This document shows, one piece after another, positions 59,705-64,000 of a stretch of DNA of 64,000 nt (positions are counted from its first letter, which is position 1; the number at the start of each line of letters is the position of its first letter). Origin of the DNA: a virus; IMG/VR virus record IMGVR_UViG_3300023174_000065. One strand, 5' to 3'. The position numbers and the translations under genes were made by a program. The notes beneath the pieces are model-generated. The model was not told where the DNA came from and made no database searches. It saw nothing but the letters and a program-made list of their open reading frames with translations.

Positions 59705-61417
59705 TTAATTAGTGCCTGGACCATCTGGCAACGGAATATCACTGATTGGACCAGATGAAGTACTCACTGCTCCAGAGCTATTATCCATAGTCTCAACGAA
59801 ATCAATAAGGTCTCTCATTGCCTGTGATTCAGGGTCATAATAGTCAACAACTTGTTGCTGCTGTGATACACTAGTCTGTACTCTAGTTTCAGCTTCTGAT
59901 CTTACTACTGTGTATTCCTGCGGAGATGTTACGCTCCTAATAACTTCATTAACTTTATGACCTACCGGTGCTTCTCTTGCAACACGGTCATTTGCAGCAG
60001 CGTATGCTGAATCTACTTGTTGCTTTGCACTAATCAAATCTTCCTTTGGACTATTTGCCGTCAATCCACCTGTGATACCACTAAGGTCTTCGACTTCTAT
60101 TGGTGGAAGAGAATCAAAATATTGTCCTGGTGCAACTGTATTTCCTGCAGGAGTTTGGTCGGTTACTGGTAAAATCGAAGACACAGGAGGAGTTGTATTG
60201 AATGTTCCACCAAGGGAATTTAAGAAAGAGTCTGCCATTGATCCAGGATCTGTACTAGTGGGAGGAACATTACTTATGTTTGGAATATATGAGTTGAATG
60301 GATTTCGATCTTGGCCGATTGCAGCGCCTGTCAATACAGATACAGCGGTAGCTGCTAATTCTCCGGTTGTAACATAATTTCCAGATAAGTTTAGGTTCAA
60401 ATTTAATCCTAAACCGTTTAGTGCTCCTTTAATTACACCATCACCTATGCTATTCAATGCAGAGTATCCATTAACTCTGTATTCTCCTCGTGCCTTGCCA
60501 ATAACATCCTGTAATAAATTACTGCCAATATTTTGAATTATATTAGATCCATCGCCATTGAACAATCCAGTTGCATCGCCAAATATTTCGGCAGCTCCGG
60601 CAACTATGTCATCTAGAATTCCATTACGGCCTGTGCCCAATGGACTCGGACTGTTATCATACTGAAATACTGCAAATCCTGTTGGCTGATCTTTCCTGAC
60701 CCTACCACTACCATAGAATACCGCCTCGTATTCCAATGTCATTTTGCTTTCGGCCATTCTATTTCCTTGAGTCTGATCCATGCGATCATGGTCCCATGAC
60801 TTTATTTTAGGATTAACTAATTGATAACTCGTGAAAAGCTGCCTACTAAGCTGATATAATGTAATTGATCTAAAAAATGGCAGATTGGCTCCGTCTTTAA
60901 GACCGTAATCAGTGGGAGTAAATAGTTCATCCGATGACTTGTATTTTGTGTCGCCATATGCTCCAGTTTTGTTGTCTCGCGCTGTTCCAAATATGCTATT
61001 TGTTCCCAGCGATCCGCCTAGGTTAGGATCATTATAATAATATTTGTAATAATTAAGCCATAGATTATGCACGGTATTTGCGCTGTCATCGTGCATCGTA
61101 AGACTTACAGGAGAATATGTGATGCTTTTTTGTATAATCGTTTTTCTATTATACTGATTAACAGTTTCCGTGTTTACTTGATATCTAGGTAAGTCAGCGC
61201 CTTTTATTAATGCTCCTACTTGCTCAATTCTGCGTCTGTTTGCCCATGCCTTGTCCTTGACAACAGAAGTTTCTATGTCAAATACTGCATAATATATCCA
61301 GCCAGCTTTTGGAGTAAGAGCAAATGCTTGGTCTAGATAAAGACGACTGGCATGTGCAAAATCTTTAAGATTTACATTTCCAGGTTGTTGAGTTAAGTAG
61401 GAATTAACATTAGGCAT
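59705..61417 (-). CDS. Tail-tube-fold baseplate/tube initiator (gp54/gp48-like) with a long C-terminal extension
   Basis: Motifs ADLP.Y...T.NQYNRK, SLTMHDD, Y.LVNP.I and MTLEYE. Next to the tube gene. AATAAATA lies 5 nt before the ATG. Confidence 0.7.
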   Translation of the reverse strand: MPNVNSYLTQQPGNVNLKDFAHASRLYLDQAFALTPKAGWIYYAVFDIETSVVKDKAWANRRRIEQVGALIKGADLPRYQVNTETVNQYNRKTIIQKSITYSPVSLTMHDDSANTVHNLWLNYYKYYYNDPNLGGSLGTNSIFGTARDNKTGAYGDTKYKSSDELFTPTDYGLKDGANLPFFRSITLYQLSRQLFTSYQLVNPKIKSWDHDRMDQTQGNRMAESKMTLEYEAVFYGSGRVRKDQPTGFAVFQYDNSPSPLGTGRNGILDDIVAGAAEIFGDATGLFNGDGSNIIQNIGSNLLQDVIGKARGEYRVNGYSALNSIGDGVIKGALNGLGLNLNLNLSGNYVTTGELAATAVSVLTGAAIGQDRNPFNSYIPNISNVPPTSTDPGSMADSFLNSLGGTFNTTPPVSSILPVTDQTPAGNTVAPGQYFDSLPPIEVEDLSGITGGLTANSPKEDLISAKQQVDSAYAAANDRVAREAPVGHKVNEVIRSVTSPQEYTVVRSEAETRVQTSVSQQQQVVDYYDPESQAMRDLIDFVETMDNSSGAVSTSSGPISDIPLPDGPGTN

Positions 61418-61434
61418 GTGATTATTTATTCAAT

Positions 61435-61460
61435 AAAAAAGGCCCCTGTTTCCAAGGGCC
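61435..61460 (-). terminator. Rho-independent terminator after the tail tube gene
   Basis: GGCCCTTG-GAAA-CAGGGGCC followed by TTTTTT. Confidence 0.88.
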
Positions 61461-61482
61461 CTTCTTAATAATGTGAATAATA

Positions 61483-62112
61483 TTAACCAGTTGCCATTGA
61501 TCTAGTAACCGGGCGGCCTACATTTTCGCCAATACCTACTGGATTACCAGCCGAGTTTAACTGAATTGCATTGTCATATGAGATTGCAATGCTTATATCC
61601 ATTGGATCATTCGATTTATAATCGCCGCCCTGATATGTTGCCTTTTTGACATAGCATCCATAAAGCTCGAAGCTTTCTAGAACGACTGGCTCATAAGCAC
61701 CGTTGCCACCGTCTAGAATTTCAATTTGTGTAGTAAACTTGTAATCAATGCCAGATGCAGCACTTGATTGTTCAAAAAAGTCAAACTGCTTCTGAACTTG
61801 CTCGCCAACAAGTTTACTAACTGCTCCCGATGCGTCATCACGGACAACTAGTGTAATGTCTGCCCATGTATGTTTACCAGCAAGCTTGATTCTGCTGTTA
61901 TATGCATCAAGAACAATCTGCTCAAACTCAACGTCTGGTCGGGTGCAGGTCATTACTTGTTTGGTAATTTCAGTCGATGGTGATGTAATACCAAAGTTCT
62001 GGAGTGTCACTCTAAAGCGATACTTGAGCTTTGGCATTAACAAGCCCTGGTTAGGTGAGCTTTGGCCGGCCGGTAATGGGACCGTCAATTTGCTTAAACT
62101 CGCTACTGCCAT
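61483..62112 (-). CDS. gp19: Tail tube protein (T4 gp19-like)
   Basis: Motifs PKLKYRFRV, KLAGKHTW.DITLVVRDD, FELYGCY and ISYDNA. AAGGAG SD. Confidence 0.88.
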   Translation of the reverse strand: MAVASLSKLTVPLPAGQSSPNQGLLMPKLKYRFRVTLQNFGITSPSTEITKQVMTCTRPDVEFEQIVLDAYNSRIKLAGKHTWADITLVVRDDASGAVSKLVGEQVQKQFDFFEQSSAASGIDYKFTTQIEILDGGNGAYEPVVLESFELYGCYVKKATYQGGDYKSNDPMDISIAISYDNAIQLNSAGNPVGIGENVGRPVTRSMATG

Positions 62113-62135
62113 TTTGTTATGCTCCTTATTCTTTG

Positions 62136-62254
62136 TATTTATGACTATGGCACTATTTTGTGCTGTGCATTAATAATATTTATACAAAATTAAAATTTGT
62201 GAACATGCCGATTTTCTGATAAAATTGATCAAACCTGCCCGGTATTAATAAATA
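62136..62254. promoter_or_regulatory. Divergent late promoters: CATAAATA (62136-62143, -) and TATAAATA (62177-62184, -) for the tube gene; AATAAATA (62247-62254, +) for the endonuclease
   Basis: Consensus boxes in the intergenic gap. Confidence 0.65.
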
Positions 62255-62280
62255 GTTTTAACAGGATCTATGGGTATATC

Positions 62281-63894
62281 ATGTCAATCATTTGTCAAAT
62301 ATGTAAAAAAGAATTTAAAAGTATCATTAATAATACACACCTAAAAATTCACAATATAAGTGTCGATGAATATAAGCAAAAATTTGGCAGTAATTCAACT
62401 GTTTCAGATGAGTATCGCAAAGCCATTTCAGAACGGAACTCGGGAGAAAAAAATCCTAATTTTAATAACAACTGGTCAAATGAACAACGAGCAAATTTAT
62501 CAGAAAAAAATCGAGGAAAGGTGCCTGTAAATAAAGGAAAAAAAGTTAATTACGGGAATAAATTTCTAGAAAGCATCAGACATCGAGAAGAAAAATATAA
62601 ATCCGGGGAATTAACGCGAGTAATTTCAGAAATGACTGAAGATCGAAAACGTAAAATTTCCAAGTCTGTGAAAAAATACGCAGAATCTAATTCCACTGAA
62701 TTAAAAACCAGGGCCTATAAAGCCCTTGAAACTAAAAAACAGAATGGGATTGACTTGGCGTTCTGGCGAGGCAAAAAACATTCTCCGGAAACACTTGAAA
62801 AGTTAAAAGAAAATTCTATAAAATCCAATACTGAAAAAAAATTAAAATCATACGAGCGAATAACAGCACATTTACTTAATTCAAATCTAGAATTATTGTC
62901 TAGTATCTCAGATTCGCAGTTTCATCTTAAATGCACTATGTGCTTAAATCAATTCGCGATTGGAAAACAATATTTTAATGATTCAAAGTTCAAATTAGAC
63001 AGATGTCCAGTTTGTTTTCCCAGACAAGCAATTGCCAGAAGTGCGGCCGAGGAGGAGATATACCAATTCATCAATATGTTGACGGGCGATGCAGTTCCTA
63101 ATGCAAGAAATATTGTAAAGGGTGAGATTGATATATTTGTACCATCAAAAAATCTTGCAATTGAATTTAACGGAATTTATTGGCATAGTGAGCCTGTTTT
63201 AGAATCGTTGGGTAAATCTAAAACATCGGATAATGAAAAGAGAATTAGAGTCAAGAATGCAGGACTTAGGTACATAGGAATTTTTGAAGATGAGTGGAAA
63301 TATAAACAGGAAATTGTAAAAAGCAGACTTTCTGGGATACTAGGATTTTCAAATACAACTATCAACGGCAGACAGTGTGTAGTTAAAGAAATTTCATCGA
63401 AAGAATCATCGATGTTCTGCGATGCCAATCATATTCAGGGCAAAGGAAGAAGTAACATTAGGTATGGATTATTCTATAAAGAAGAGTTGTTGTCTGTGAT
63501 GACATTTTCAAAAAATAATATATCAAGAAAAATTAATAATTGGGAAATTAATCGATTTTGTACAAAAATAAATCATAGAGTTCATGGAGCAGCTAGTAAA
63601 TTATTCAAACAGTTCATAAAAGATCATGATCCATATTCAGTGATATCATATGCTGACTCTAGATGGAGTGATGGTGATTTATACAAAATGCTAGGATTTA
63701 ACTTTGAAAAAGATACCGTGCCAAATTACTGGTATGTTTATGGTGGATCATCTAAACGAGTTCACAGATATAGCTTGCGTAAAAATAAAAATGATGATCA
63801 AACAAAAACGGAAAAAGAACTCAGAACTGTACAGGGATATTATAGAATATGGGATTGTGGAAGTAGTAAATGGATATGGAAAAGGGGAGAGTAA
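62281..63894 (+). CDS. Hef-like free-standing homing endonuclease inserted antisense between sheath and tube genes
   Basis: N-terminal CxxC..H..H, NUMOD3-like GKKHSPET, EIDIF......IEFNGIYWH nuclease motif, and C-terminal NRFC...GAASKL...SYAD...WDCG. Confidence 0.8.
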   Translation: MSIICQICKKEFKSIINNTHLKIHNISVDEYKQKFGSNSTVSDEYRKAISERNSGEKNPNFNNNWSNEQRANLSEKNRGKVPVNKGKKVNYGNKFLESIRHREEKYKSGELTRVISEMTEDRKRKISKSVKKYAESNSTELKTRAYKALETKKQNGIDLAFWRGKKHSPETLEKLKENSIKSNTEKKLKSYERITAHLLNSNLELLSSISDSQFHLKCTMCLNQFAIGKQYFNDSKFKLDRCPVCFPRQAIARSAAEEEIYQFINMLTGDAVPNARNIVKGEIDIFVPSKNLAIEFNGIYWHSEPVLESLGKSKTSDNEKRIRVKNAGLRYIGIFEDEWKYKQEIVKSRLSGILGFSNTTINGRQCVVKEISSKESSMFCDANHIQGKGRSNIRYGLFYKEELLSVMTFSKNNISRKINNWEINRFCTKINHRVHGAASKLFKQFIKDHDPYSVISYADSRWSDGDLYKMLGFNFEKDTVPNYWYVYGGSSKRVHRYSLRKNKNDDQTKTEKELRTVQGYYRIWDCGSSKWIWKRGE

Positions 63895-63906
63895 AAACTC
63901 TCCCCT
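63883..63906. terminator. Hairpin between the convergent endonuclease and sheath genes
   Basis: AGGGGAGAGT-aaaa-ACTCTCCCCT. Confidence 0.7.
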
Positions 63907-63916
63907 AATCTTTTTA

Positions 63917-64000
63917 TTAAGCTAAGGTGTATGTACCAGCTTTGATTGATCCAGTATTGACTAGACGTAGTGGAATGTAGATGAATTCAACTGCTTTTAC
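63917..64000 (-). CDS. gp18: Tail sheath protein C-terminus (gp18-like, partial, not in the ORF track)
   Basis: Translates VKAVEFIYIPLRLVNTGSIKAGTYTLA*, a typical sheath C-terminus, upstream of the tube gene. Confidence 0.85.
   Translation of the reverse strand, partial: VKAVEFIYIPLRLVNTGSIKAGTYTLA

Overview
A 64-kb, AT-rich segment of a large T4-like (Tevenvirinae-related gene set, uncultured jumbo-type) myophage, read in the standard genetic code. The left part (+ strand) holds the end of a tape-measure/hub-like gene, then portal, prohead core, prohead protease, scaffold and major capsid genes. A GIY-YIG endonuclease and about 27 kb of virion and tail-fibre genes follow, including a 2.6-kaa repeat protein and an S74-chaperone fibre paired with a Gly-rich adhesin. 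The right part (mostly - strand) holds HldD epimerase, YqgE/AlgH, helicase, primase, a 190-aa mini-DnaE, UvsW/UvsY/UvsX/gp32, putative head-packaged proteins, terminase, gp4, tail tube and the end of the tail sheath. Main findings: (1) the large terminase is fractured into two genes joined by an atypical split intein at Walker B, with a free-standing endonuclease between the halves. (2) Two unrelated homing endonuclease genes each have, abutting their own late promoter, a synonymous-variant copy of the neighbouring host-gene sequence (DEFAFV of terminase, NAADY of capsid); these are candidate autorepression operators that would reveal the homing targets. (3) Many late genes appear leaderless, with a TAAATA box 4-7 nt before the ATG. 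(4) Two late leaders share structured RNA motifs. All calls come from reading the sequence; no database searches were run.
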